Positions 38,557 through 47,762 of a stretch of DNA of 64,000 nt are shown here, piece by piece. How positions within the stretch are numbered: position 1 is the first letter of the stretch; each line of letters begins with the position of its first letter. Source of the stretch: Candidatus Daviesbacteria bacterium (GTDB lineage Bacteria > Patescibacteriota > Microgenomatia > Daviesbacterales > UBA10151); NCBI GenBank assembly GCA_016187025.1, contig JACPKM010000008.1:1361-65360 (forward strand). The letters run 5' to 3'. A program made the translations under genes and the position numbers. The notes beneath the pieces were generated by a model, which made no database searches, had not been told where the DNA came from, and saw nothing but the letters and a program-made list of their open reading frames with translations.

Positions 38557-38808
38557 CTATAACTTCCTTGCTGACTTAGAAGCAATTAAAATAATCATTG
38601 ATCCTAATGCAGCCACAATAAATGATAAGAGATTAAATTCCTCTATATTTATACCAAAGATAATATCTCCGAGCAACCCACCTACGAATGCACCTAAGAC
38701 TCCTAAAATAATTGCACCAATTAAACTGTCCCGGGAAGATGTGGGAGTAGATACGTGAACAATTAGTCCAATCAACACTCCAAACAATGCCCAGGACAGG
38801 AAATTCAT
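38557..38808 (-). CDS. GlsB/YeaQ/YmgE-family membrane protein, paralog of 35608..35862
   Basis: GAIILGVLGAFVGGLLGDIIFG. Confidence 0.7.
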   Translation of the reverse strand: MNFLSWALFGVLIGLIVHVSTPTSSRDSLIGAIILGVLGAFVGGLLGDIIFGINIEEFNLLSFIVAALGSMIILIASKSARKL

Positions 38809-38870
38809 AGATTAATAGTAGCTTTTAAAAATGAGTGAAAATACAATAATATGTAAGAGACAGGAAAGAA

Positions 38871-38899
38871 TTGACCGGATAGAGTTAATGTGGTATAAA
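38871..38899 (+). promoter_or_regulatory. Strong sigma70-type promoter: TTGACC, 17-bp spacer, extended -10 TGgTATAAA
   Basis: -35 at 38871-38876, -10 at 38894-38899, preceded by TGg. No CDS follows on the + strand. Confidence 0.5.
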
Positions 38900-38905
38900 A
38901 TAACT

Positions 38906-38964
38906 GCCTGATAACCGAAAGGTTGACGGGTTCTCGAAGGAAGCTCCCGCAAGGGGGCTTTTTT
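38906..38964 (+). ncRNA. Candidate ~58-nt small RNA (promoter-to-terminator unit)
   Basis: Bounded by the promoter above and the intrinsic terminator at 38943-38964. Contains an ACC-GAAA-GGU hairpin. No start codon. Confidence 0.35.
38943..38964 (+). terminator. Rho-independent terminator (GCUCCC-GCAA-GGGGGC + U6)
   Basis: 6-bp GC-rich stem with GNRA loop, then TTTTTT. The T-tract is only on the + strand. Confidence 0.6.
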
Positions 38965-38984
38965 CGTGCTTCTGGTAAAGCGCC

Positions 38985-39899
38985 TTAAGCGTGAAACCTC
39001 CTAGTTGATATAAAGCTCGATTCTTCGTGAAGATATTTGCCTCCTCTTGATCCATTTGCTTCTATTAGTTGAACTTCATAGGAACTGCCAAAACTGTAAA
39101 ATGGAAAATGCTCACCCCATCCGGGCGCTACAGAGTTAGAGGTTAATTTTTGATATAAAAGTTCATCATCGCTTTCTAAAATACCCCGCCAACGTAAAAA
39201 CTCTTCTGGTAAAAAATGTTCACTGTTGTGTATAGATCTTGCGAGCAGATCACTTAGCACAAGCCTGACTACGGTCAACTCCCTTCTAACAGAACGGGGT
39301 GAGTCGCTACCATGAACCCAGTTTTCAGGTGCACTAACAGCATGTCTCCCTCTAATAGATTCTGGGCGCGCATCTTCTGGTTTGGTAGCCCCCATTTGCT
39401 CCCTCCACCATTGGACAGCATCTCCTCCTTCATCATGGATTAAAAGTACAGTTAATGGCCCACTGGTTGTAAATTCAATCAATCTTTGCCACACGGGTAC
39501 ATTAGAGACAGGGTCACAAATTTTTTTAAGCTTATCTTTATTTTCTATATAAAATGTTTCAGCTTGTTCAGGGGTGAGCTTCAAAGAAAAAGCTGTCATA
39601 ATTCTTTCTCTACCTATCTCATCCATAATCCCTGCTGCTGCCTGATCATCATTTTCTGGAAGTTGCCTGCTCTTTTTTGGATCCTCAGGCTGAGGTTTTA
39701 TCAAACCCAAGGTAACTTTTTGATCATGAATAAGTCTAGAAAGCCTAGGGTCTTCTAGTGCTGATTTCAGCTGAGAGACACCTTCTAATGCTGTTGACCC
39801 CAGGGCTACATAACCCTGATTAATTCCATCACAAACAACAGCTGCTTCAAAACGGGTAGATAGTACTTCTGGCACGCGGATATTTGACCTTATTTCCAT
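38985..39899 (-). CDS. ndk: Nucleoside-diphosphate-kinase-domain protein with N- and C-terminal extensions (304 aa)
   Basis: LIEFTTSGPLTVLLIHDEGGDAVQWWREQMGATKPEDARPESIRGRHA...ENWVHGSDSPRSVRRE aligns to the NDK core (LVEFMTSGPVVAMVWEG...MGATNP..A.PGTIRGDF...NIIHGSDSVESAEREI) including the catalytic His. GC is elevated. Confidence 0.65.
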   Translation of the reverse strand: MEIRSNIRVPEVLSTRFEAAVVCDGINQGYVALGSTALEGVSQLKSALEDPRLSRLIHDQKVTLGLIKPQPEDPKKSRQLPENDDQAAAGIMDEIGRERIMTAFSLKLTPEQAETFYIENKDKLKKICDPVSNVPVWQRLIEFTTSGPLTVLLIHDEGGDAVQWWREQMGATKPEDARPESIRGRHAVSAPENWVHGSDSPRSVRRELTVVRLVLSDLLARSIHNSEHFLPEEFLRWRGILESDDELLYQKLTSNSVAPGWGEHFPFYSFGSSYEVQLIEANGSRGGKYLHEESSFISTRRFHA

Positions 39900-39952
39900 G
39901 ACGCGGAAAATTATAGCAGTAAATTAGGAAGATATCAACTATAGGATTCTCC

Positions 39953-40621
39953 CTAAGATTGACTTTTTTCTTGGATCAAATCTCTTAACCCAGGAAACCT
40001 TCCGAGAAGATGCAATGTAGATACATTACTCTTATTAACAGGATCTGGGTCACCTAAATCCTCCCCGGTATCCCCATATACGAATCTTTCCTGATCACCG
40101 TCATAGAGAAGGTCACGGATATAGTCCCTTGGTCTATATCCAGCTCTATCTAACTTTATTGCAATTGCTATAAGCTGAGCTAATGCTGCTTGAGATTCAT
40201 CTGTTTCTGGAGATAATCTTATCGCACGCAACACTTCTGCGGCTCTATCTGTAGGTATATAGTCCATATAAATAGACGCATCAACTACTCCATACGCGTA
40301 AGGAACGGCAATTCCACGCCTTGCCAAATCTTGATTTCTCCAAAACTCCGCTATAGCTTTTCCTATCATTGCACCCATAGAAACAATGCATTTTTCCCTC
40401 AACATTCTAGCAGAACTCCTACCTGTTTCAGGATTGTAAACACCTAAATGATACACCATATTATAGCTTTCTCCTCCTCTAAGAGTAGTTACCAGCCTTC
40501 CACTTAATAGTCTTTCTGTTGCAGATAAAACTCCTAAATCGCGAAGTAAAGAAACCGGTGGGCATGCATCGGAAGCTTGACCTGTACCATCATAGATTTG
40601 CGGAACAACCTCAAGGTTCAT
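39953..40621 (-). CDS. Hypothetical protein, possibly a small protein-kinase-like (RIO/Bud32/Kdo-kinase-like) fold
   Basis: AEFWRNQDLARRGIAVPYAYG (alphaC Glu + 'G-V-P-x-P'-like), IYMDYIPT (hinge-like), YRPRDYIRDLLY (catalytic-loop-like), VYGDTGED (DFG-like). All are weak and unverified. GC-rich. Confidence 0.3.
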   Translation of the reverse strand: MNLEVVPQIYDGTGQASDACPPVSLLRDLGVLSATERLLSGRLVTTLRGGESYNMVYHLGVYNPETGRSSARMLREKCIVSMGAMIGKAIAEFWRNQDLARRGIAVPYAYGVVDASIYMDYIPTDRAAEVLRAIRLSPETDESQAALAQLIAIAIKLDRAGYRPRDYIRDLLYDGDQERFVYGDTGEDLGDPDPVNKSNVSTLHLLGRFPGLRDLIQEKSQS

Positions 40622-40792
40622 AGTAGTACATTATAGGCTTTAACATAATTATTTTCAAGCTATAGGTTATTTTTTTATAATCGCCCCTGTGAAACCTTTA
40701 TTTGAATATATAACTAATTTCATTAAAGCAGCAATAGGTATGTTTAAATTCAGAGTGGAGGAAATAAACTTAAGCTGATAGAATTAGCATAT

Positions 40793-40864
40793 GCCCCTAT
40801 AGCTTAACGGATAGAGCTCTGGTCTTCGGAACCAGCGGTGAGGGTTCGATTCCTTCTAGGGGCG
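40793..40864 (+). tRNA. tRNA-Arg (anticodon TCG)
   Basis: Acceptor GCCCCTA/TAGGGGC. Anticodon stem CTGGT/ACCAG with loop CTTCGGA. T loop TTCGATT. 72 nt. Confidence 0.8.
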
Positions 40865-41470
40865 CTATTTGTCTTCACTTTTTTGTTCATCCTTCTCAGA
40901 ATCATCTGCACCACCCCTGCCCTTTTTGGAAACCTCAATTGCTTTCTCCATATCGCCTTTCGAGGATGAACCTTTTTTGATAACATCATTAAATTGTTGT
41001 TCCTGGCTTTCTAATTTTTGCTTTAATTTTTGTTCTTCACCTGATTTCTCTGCATCTTTTTTAGTCTTTAAAACCTCATCTTGGTAGTTTTTTATTGTTT
41101 CCCCTACCACTCCCTGATCTTTTTTATCCTCTACTGCTTGAATTACTTCTTCTGCTCTTTTTCCAACTTTGACATGTTTATCCCCTGACACATAAACCTC
41201 AATGCTTTCTGTAACTTTTTTTACAGGGTAAAGAGGATCCCCTGGCAAGGCTTTTTGAGAAGCTTGCACTACCCCAAATGAGAAAATTAAAAATATAAGA
41301 CCTGCAAAACCTGCCAAAAATAGTCTAAACTTTAAAACACTTCTAATAGGTGGTTTTGGTGTTTCAAGCTCAGCTTTAAGAGCCTGCCAGCCATATTCTA
41401 CTAATGAGGCTGGTGGATTTATATCCAGATAAGTTTTTTTAACCAGTTTCAATTTTTCTTCAAATTTCAT
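40865..41470 (-). CDS. Membrane anti-sigma-factor-like protein (DUF5667-like)
   Basis: Single TM after an N-terminal cytoplasmic segment. LPGDPLYPVK block. Directly downstream of the ECF sigma gene. Confidence 0.5.
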   Translation of the reverse strand: MKFEEKLKLVKKTYLDINPPASLVEYGWQALKAELETPKPPIRSVLKFRLFLAGFAGLIFLIFSFGVVQASQKALPGDPLYPVKKVTESIEVYVSGDKHVKVGKRAEEVIQAVEDKKDQGVVGETIKNYQDEVLKTKKDAEKSGEEQKLKQKLESQEQQFNDVIKKGSSSKGDMEKAIEVSKKGRGGADDSEKDEQKSEDK

Positions 41471-41471
41471 C

Positions 41472-42020
41472 TTATTGATCCTCCACCTGCCCTTTTAACT
41501 TTAATAATATTCTGTGAATCATTACTCTTATCGCTCCCTCTTTTTTACCTATAATCTGGGCAATTTCACTATACTCAAGTTCTTCAAAAAACCTTAAGAC
41601 GATTATATTTCTTTCAGATGTCTTAAGCTTTCTTAAAGCATGCCATACAAAATCTTTTATCTCTTGCTTAAAAGCTAGTTCCTCTGGACCCGGATCATCT
41701 GATAAGAATTGTTCAAAACCCTCACCAAAACTGGTGGCACTGATCTCTTTCTTCTTACGGCTTTCATCGATTATTAAATGCCTGGCAATTGTAAAAAGAA
41801 ATGCCTGAATTGTTCCCTCTTCCACGGAAAACTTGGGTAGTGAAATCCAAGCTTTATAAAAAGTGGTTTGAGTAAGATCTTCTGCCAACTCTTTGTTACG
41901 GACAGAAAAGTATACAAATCTATAGATTTTTTTAAGGTAAAGCTTATAAATTTGTCCAAAAGCATCCTTATCTCCTTTTTGGGCTTGGTTAATAAGTTTT
42001 CTAATGTCGCTGGATTGCAT
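41472..42020 (-). CDS. ECF-type sigma-70 family RNA polymerase sigma factor
   Basis: Region 2 (FYKAWISLPKF...) and region 4 (EYSEIAQIIGKKEGAIRVMIHRILLKLK). Confidence 0.85.
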   Translation of the reverse strand: MQSSDIRKLINQAQKGDKDAFGQIYKLYLKKIYRFVYFSVRNKELAEDLTQTTFYKAWISLPKFSVEEGTIQAFLFTIARHLIIDESRKKKEISATSFGEGFEQFLSDDPGPEELAFKQEIKDFVWHALRKLKTSERNIIVLRFFEELEYSEIAQIIGKKEGAIRVMIHRILLKLKGQVEDQ

Positions 42021-42043
42021 TAGAGCCCATTCTACTACTTATT

Positions 42044-42071
42044 AATACGTAAATGAAAACAATTTGTAACA
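42044..42071 (-). promoter_or_regulatory. Putative ECF-type autoregulatory promoter: TGTTAC, 16-bp spacer, CGTATT
   Basis: On the minus strand: TGTTACaaattgttttcatttaCGTATT. Resembles the sigW-type TGAAAC-N16-CGTA consensus. About 24 nt upstream of the sigma start. Confidence 0.3.
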
Positions 42072-42099
42072 AATTCCTTTGTACTTCGTTACAATTTGT

Positions 42100-42495
42100 A
42101 TGAAGAAAGCTCAAATCTTTTTAGCAATTATCACACTGATAATTCTCACAAGCCCTCACTCTGCCTTAGGTAAAGATGGAAAAGGCGGAGGGAGTGATGA
42201 TGGGGGACGGGGACGTTCAAAAGTCGAGATAAGGATTGAAGATGATGAAGAAGAAGAGGCTCAAGAACAGCAACTAAGGGTGAGAATCAGTGATGAAAGA
42301 TTTGAAATCAGAGGTATGATTACTTCTGTCTTACAACCTTCTCCGACCCCCTCACCTACATCAACTTCTGCCCCTACTGCTACTTCATCGGCTGTCACCA
42401 GAGTGAGAGCTGAAATTAAAACTGCAGGAACAGCGGCTAGTGTAACCACTTTCCTAGAACAGGTTCTTACCTTTCTAAAAACCCTTCTTGGATAA
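42100..42495 (+). CDS. Small secreted acidic protein, hypothetical
   Basis: MKKAQIFLAIITLIILTSPHSALG signal peptide, Gly/Asp/Glu-rich then Pro/Thr/Ser-rich. The ORF-track start at 42079 adds a non-signal prefix. Confidence 0.4.
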   Translation: MKKAQIFLAIITLIILTSPHSALGKDGKGGGSDDGGRGRSKVEIRIEDDEEEEAQEQQLRVRISDERFEIRGMITSVLQPSPTPSPTSTSAPTATSSAVTRVRAEIKTAGTAASVTTFLEQVLTFLKTLLG

Positions 42496-42525
42496 TTTTT
42501 AATTCCTTTTAAGCAAGCTTTGGTA

Positions 42526-44610
42526 TCAATTGCAGGTGTTGAAGTAGTCAGATAAAACACTCATTTTTGTCTGCCATATATTTGTCCAATCATCCTGCAG
42601 GATTCCACCAGTATCACCTGAGTTTGGATTCCAGCTCCAGTAAAAAGAACTACACATCCCCTTTGATTTCATATAACTAACCCATGCTTGTTGTAAGGCT
42701 AGATCTTGAGCATTTCCTCCTGCTGTTCCCATTTTCCCTCCCCACTCTCCTGGAGCTAAGGTAAATCCGCCTGATGAAAGAAATCCAAATTGCGTATCCC
42801 AGATGACAGACATGTTCCTAGGAAAATTGGGATCTGAAAAGTATGATTGAGATGCCACATCTGGTCCATAAACATGTGGGGATAAAATTAATTTATTTGC
42901 CGGAATTAACGATGTCGAGATTGGAGTACATTTTTGAACCTCCAAATTTTCTCCCCAAAAATGGCCAAGATAACTGGAGCAATGGCTGCTTTCCCCTATT
43001 CCTTCTACAAACACTAAGATGTTAGGATTGGCTGCCAAAACTGCTTTACCTGATTTTTCTGCTGCGCTGTTCCAATCAGTTGAGGAATTACCTGTTCCCC
43101 AAGTAGCCACACCATGTGGTTCGTTTTTCAAATCTATTCCTACAAAATTTTGTAAGCTAGCATATCTTTTTGCAAGGTTAGAAAGATCAGCAATCCATTG
43201 GTTCTCAGAGTATGAGGAAGTATACCAAAGTTCAGAAATTGCCAAGCAATCCGGTCGGTGATGGTCAAGTAAAATATACATCCCTTGGTTATTCAACTCA
43301 CCCAGTACTTTATCCAGCACCTGCAAACTATTTAATCCTTGTAGATCCGCATTTTTACTATAATCTATTGATGAAACCTCTGCTCCATTAATAGTTGCCG
43401 GACAAACCGGCACTCTTACTGCATTAAATCCTAAGTTTTTCATTTGGGTTATCATTTCTTTATAGCCTCTGGACCAAAGGCCATGTACAACGTGAATTTC
43501 TGTTTCAAAACCAAACCAGTTTACTCCCTTAAGCTTTATTTGAACCCCCTGTTTATAGATTTTACCTGCCGATGTAGTATACCCGCCAAAACTTGGAGCA
43601 GTTGGTGTTGTATTAACAGCACTGCCTACTGGGGAATTGGTCAAACTAATATTGTCTATATATAGAGTCGGCTGGGGCTGACCTAAAGACTCTTGTATTA
43701 CTAGCCCCTTAATTTGTTTATTGCTTGCCAAAAGATCAGCAAGAGGAATGCTAAAGGTTGTAAAGCTTGTATTAGAAAGCGTTCCATAATTTCCTAAAGG
43801 CACTCCTTTAATGGCTTGATTGTTAACATCATAAACTATGACTTTATATTGTTGATTTGCTTGGGTTGCCTTTGCTGAAAAGCTTAAATGTGTATAGGGG
43901 GACGTATTAACTGCTGTGTCAGTATGAAGGTACAAACCTGCCCAAGCATTATTTGCCTGAAAACCGATAGCAGAGCTCAAACCGACACTTGCCCCCCAAG
44001 ACCAGTTAACCCAACTGTTTGCTAGCGAATCTGTATAAATATTCAAAGATGCCAAACTAACAGGCGCAGCTGGAGTAGAAGCAGAGTTTACAAACTCTAT
44101 TTGATCCAAAAATATTGCTGGCTGATTATTCCCTGTTACATCCTGCCATGCTATACCTTTGATAAATTTGGTAGAAATTGATGAAACTGGAATATTATAA
44201 ACTTTATAGGAGTTAGTTAACTCACCGCCAAAGTCTGCCAAATTAAGCTGAGTTGATGAATTGTTATTACTATCATAAATTAAGACTTTAATTTTAGGGT
44301 TACCGCCGTCACTTTGCATTGCAAACCTCAAAGATGAAAAGTTAGAGATATCCAAACCAGCATCTGTATGAAGATATAATGCTCCCCATCCATTTGGACC
44401 AAAAGCCAAGGATTTGTTACCCGAATAGAGTGGTACCGGATTATTAGGATTTATCCATGTATTCCAAGACCAGCTAACCCATCCGGAAGATAAAGAATCA
44501 TCATAAATTAATGTGTTTGGTGAGGCTGCAAAAACTAGTTTAGTTCCAAAAGCAAAAGATAAAACTAGAGCGAAAAGAAGACTGACTAATAGTTTTTTTG
44601 TTTTTAACAT
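42526..44610 (-). CDS. Secreted GH5 endoglucanase (cellulase-like) with N-terminal beta-sandwich/CBM-like repeats
   Basis: GVNWFGFETE, acid/base DLKNEPHG, nucleophile GEWGG, signal peptide. 694 aa. Confidence 0.8.
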   Translation of the reverse strand: MLKTKKLLVSLLFALVLSFAFGTKLVFAASPNTLIYDDSLSSGWVSWSWNTWINPNNPVPLYSGNKSLAFGPNGWGALYLHTDAGLDISNFSSLRFAMQSDGGNPKIKVLIYDSNNNSSTQLNLADFGGELTNSYKVYNIPVSSISTKFIKGIAWQDVTGNNQPAIFLDQIEFVNSASTPAAPVSLASLNIYTDSLANSWVNWSWGASVGLSSAIGFQANNAWAGLYLHTDTAVNTSPYTHLSFSAKATQANQQYKVIVYDVNNQAIKGVPLGNYGTLSNTSFTTFSIPLADLLASNKQIKGLVIQESLGQPQPTLYIDNISLTNSPVGSAVNTTPTAPSFGGYTTSAGKIYKQGVQIKLKGVNWFGFETEIHVVHGLWSRGYKEMITQMKNLGFNAVRVPVCPATINGAEVSSIDYSKNADLQGLNSLQVLDKVLGELNNQGMYILLDHHRPDCLAISELWYTSSYSENQWIADLSNLAKRYASLQNFVGIDLKNEPHGVATWGTGNSSTDWNSAAEKSGKAVLAANPNILVFVEGIGESSHCSSYLGHFWGENLEVQKCTPISTSLIPANKLILSPHVYGPDVASQSYFSDPNFPRNMSVIWDTQFGFLSSGGFTLAPGEWGGKMGTAGGNAQDLALQQAWVSYMKSKGMCSSFYWSWNPNSGDTGGILQDDWTNIWQTKMSVLSDYFNTCN

Positions 44611-44705
44611 TGGCAGTGGCGAGGATAATAGCAGCTAATTTTTGGCTTGTCAAATCCCCAGATTAAGAGTTTGATTAACAATTAGTAAGAGCTGTGTAAT
44701 GAATT

Positions 44706-46202
44706 TTAAATTGGGAGATCTACGTCATAGCGCAGTCTATAGACTCTTATTTCCAAATTTTGGGAAAAGGTTTGCATGTCTAGGCGGTGAAAGTTTCTTT
44801 CGAAATAGTCCTCAACATCCTTCTTATTTCCCTGGTCGTAAGAAAATACTACAAAGACCCGTAAATACTGCTCTTGGTACTTTTTAATTTGTTCTTGAAG
44901 ATTTTCTATACTAAATGATGGAATCCCGCCTTTGGAAAACCTGTCCCAGTCAGGAATAGTAGCAACTTTGGTTTGCCCACGGTAATAATACTCAACTGGA
45001 TAAATAGTAAAGGGAGGGCTAAGTGCAATAATATCCCTTGGTGTAGCTTTTTTCTCAAGATAAGTTACTGCAGACTGATAGTTTTCTCTTATAGGAGATG
45101 ATGCTGAAGTATTTTGCAAAAATAGTAAACCCGTCATAAAAAATATTAATACAAAAGATAAAACATAAGTAAATTTTTTAGCATAAGATGACAAAAGCCA
45201 AGCAGTGATAATAAAAAGGAATGGACTAACAAATATTAGATAACGGGTCAAAAACAATGGTTTAAAAACATACGAGGCAGCAAATGCCAATATCATAGGT
45301 AAAAAAAAGATTGTAAAAAAATATCCCATAAAGGATGGCCTGAATAATACTTTTTGAGTAAAAATCAAAAAAATTATTATTACTAAAAATGGCCACATTG
45401 AAATTATGATTGACTGAATATCTTGAGGAGGAAAACCAAAAAGGAAATTAACAAGGGTTTGAAAAAGGTTATAACTGGTAGGAAGAGGAATCATAGGCAG
45501 TGTATTTGAGGCAAAGCCCAGCCCAATCATATAAATTATCCAAGGACTAAAAAGTATCAAATCCATCAAAATAAGCGCTGTAAATAAGAAAACTACGCGA
45601 AAATCTCTTTTTTTTTGGACCTTAATTATTTTTGTGGTTAACAAATAAAGAAATTGTGCTGCTACCAAAAAGAGAAAAAAATAATGGGTTAAGAACCCAA
45701 AAAGAGTCGATAAAAATAATCCAAACTTTCCTTCAACCCCACCAGATTTTAAAAACTTTAAGAAAAAAATACTGTTTAGAATAGACATTAAGACAAATAA
45801 GCTATACATCCTAGACTCTGATGAATACCACACAATAAATGGTGAGAAAGAAAATAACACCACTGATAAAATAGCTATCTTTTTGTTGCTTACTTGCTTT
45901 GTAAGCTGATACAGTGCAAAAAGAGAAGTAATAAAAAAGACCAATGATAAAGATCTGGCAACTACTACATCTGTGCCAAATATCTGCAACCAAACATGAA
46001 GCAGTAAAAAGTATAAAGGAACATGCACGTCTTCAGCTGTTATCTTTAACAGTTCTGGTACTGACTTTGTTGTCACCCAAATGGATTGCGCCTCATCCAG
46101 CCTTAATGATTGCGATTGCAAAGTAAAACTGTTTACTGCAAAGGCCACCAGTAATATCAAAGGTAAAACTGCCCACGCGGGTTGTTTTATATAGTTTGTC
46201 AT
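44706..46202 (-). CDS. GT-C-fold polytopic glycosyltransferase (PMT/ArnT-like)
   Basis: About 12 TM helices. First periplasmic loop carries the RLDEAQS (DE) motif typical of GT39/GT83-type GT-C enzymes. Confidence 0.5.
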   Translation of the reverse strand: MTNYIKQPAWAVLPLILLVAFAVNSFTLQSQSLRLDEAQSIWVTTKSVPELLKITAEDVHVPLYFLLLHVWLQIFGTDVVVARSLSLVFFITSLFALYQLTKQVSNKKIAILSVVLFSFSPFIVWYSSESRMYSLFVLMSILNSIFFLKFLKSGGVEGKFGLFLSTLFGFLTHYFFLFLVAAQFLYLLTTKIIKVQKKRDFRVVFLFTALILMDLILFSPWIIYMIGLGFASNTLPMIPLPTSYNLFQTLVNFLFGFPPQDIQSIIISMWPFLVIIIFLIFTQKVLFRPSFMGYFFTIFFLPMILAFAASYVFKPLFLTRYLIFVSPFLFIITAWLLSSYAKKFTYVLSFVLIFFMTGLLFLQNTSASSPIRENYQSAVTYLEKKATPRDIIALSPPFTIYPVEYYYRGQTKVATIPDWDRFSKGGIPSFSIENLQEQIKKYQEQYLRVFVVFSYDQGNKKDVEDYFERNFHRLDMQTFSQNLEIRVYRLRYDVDLPI

Positions 46203-46217
46203 GAATATTTTTAAAAC

Positions 46218-47759
46218 TTAACTTGCTACACTTGCAGGCCTATCTGCAGCAAACAACTTAAATAAACCTCTCCAGTTATATGCAACAGATATAAACGGCA
46301 TAAACATAACAATATTAAAAAATGCCCATGACACATTTGTTGCAACAGAGGGTGTCAACCCATCTCTATACAAAGCAATAAATACCCCAATTACTGACAA
46401 GATAACAAAAAAGATATGGGGAATTGCCAAAAATAGAAAGTTTCCTTCCTGAGCCTTTTTAGAGGTAACAACAAACATAGTCTTTTCTCTAAAAAGAAGT
46501 GATTTTAGAGCAGAAAGCTGCAGTGTAAAGCTGGAATGGGAAAAAGCTATTGCCCTAAATGTCAAAGACCCATCTGAAACTTTAAATATAGTCAAAAAGA
46601 TTAGCAGTATTAAAGGAATAAATACTAAAGTAAAAGAGGTAGTGGTAGCTGCAACCGGTGATATTCCCGTATACAAAAATATTATAGGTATTAGCAAATC
46701 TATTAATACAACAACCCCATTAAAATAATAGGCTGCAGATGAAAGGTATTGAATTTTTTGCCGCCAAGAAAGTCTTTTTTTAAATAACGGATTATGGGCA
46801 AACAATACCTCCAATGATCCCCTCGCCCATCTGTGCTGTTGTTTATAATAGGACAATAAATCTTGCGGAGCCAGCCCTTCTGCCAACACCTCTTTTGTAT
46901 AAAATGCTTTCCAGCCTTTTTGATAAATAAACAAAGATGTTAGAAAATCTTCTGCAATATTATCCTCACACATACCACCAGCCTCGTCTAGCGCTTTTCT
47001 TCTAATAGCAACATTTGTACCAGAGATGATTGCACTGTTTTGCCTACCTTTGCCTTCCATAATTGGACCAAAGAAAAACTCTTGCTGCTCCCACGCTGTT
47101 TTGGCAATAATGTTTTTATTGTAGTTTTTATAATATTGAGGAGTCTGGACAAACCCAACTTTGGGATCGCCAAAATAAGGTATGGTTTTTTCTAGGAAAT
47201 CCTCATGCACCATCATATCCGCATCAAGGATAACAACAATTTCTCCTTTGGTGTTTTTTAACGCATTATTGATATTACCGGCCTTAGCACCAGACCCCGA
47301 CTTTCTGGTAATGCAAAATACTCCCAAATCAGAAGCTAAGTTTTCTATCTGCTTCCAGTTGTCTTTTTTTGCAATAAAACCGTCGTTTAAAATATAAATG
47401 GAAAATTTATCGTATTTTAGATCCTTGGCAGCCAGGACAGTTTTCTTAACCACCTCCACCTGCTCTCCTGCAACAGTGATGTAAATATCAACTTTGGGGT
47501 TTGACTCCCATGCATTTTGATCCTTCTCTAGTAAAGGATTATAGTCTTGCGGCCAGATAGTCTGCCAAAAAGTAAAAGCCATAAAAAGATGGTATACCTC
47601 TCCAAAAAATAGACTAAAATAAAACAGCGGATGACCGATATGGCTGGGGTCTAACCACCAAAAACCATAAATTAAAGCTAAAATAGAATTTAGCACAAGC
47701 AATGCCTTGCTGCTTACCTTTGAGCTTATTACTGGTAGCTTTAATCTGGGTTTAGTCAT
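46218..47759 (-). CDS. Processive GT2 beta-glycosyltransferase, cellulose-synthase-like
   Basis: D,D,D,QxxRW set: ILDADMMVHED, QTPQYY, QQHRWARG. N- and C-terminal TM helices. No PilZ domain. Confidence 0.8.
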   Translation of the reverse strand: MTKPRLKLPVISSKVSSKALLVLNSILALIYGFWWLDPSHIGHPLFYFSLFFGEVYHLFMAFTFWQTIWPQDYNPLLEKDQNAWESNPKVDIYITVAGEQVEVVKKTVLAAKDLKYDKFSIYILNDGFIAKKDNWKQIENLASDLGVFCITRKSGSGAKAGNINNALKNTKGEIVVILDADMMVHEDFLEKTIPYFGDPKVGFVQTPQYYKNYNKNIIAKTAWEQQEFFFGPIMEGKGRQNSAIISGTNVAIRRKALDEAGGMCEDNIAEDFLTSLFIYQKGWKAFYTKEVLAEGLAPQDLLSYYKQQHRWARGSLEVLFAHNPLFKKRLSWRQKIQYLSSAAYYFNGVVVLIDLLIPIIFLYTGISPVAATTTSFTLVFIPLILLIFLTIFKVSDGSLTFRAIAFSHSSFTLQLSALKSLLFREKTMFVVTSKKAQEGNFLFLAIPHIFFVILSVIGVFIALYRDGLTPSVATNVSWAFFNIVMFMPFISVAYNWRGLFKLFAADRPASVAS

Positions 47760-47762
47760 ATA

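Noticed and set aside
38874-38893. tRNA-like D-arm fragment (ccggatagagtt) resembling tRNA-Arg(TCG) 40807-40818, a possible att remnant
   Set aside because: The match is short, lies in the 5' half of the tRNA (integrases normally duplicate the 3' end), and coincides with the spacer of a good promoter. Probably coincidence.
40804-40989. 61-aa minus ORF covering tRNA-Arg(TCG)
   Set aside because: It overlaps a well-folded tRNA gene and the 3' end of the anti-sigma gene.
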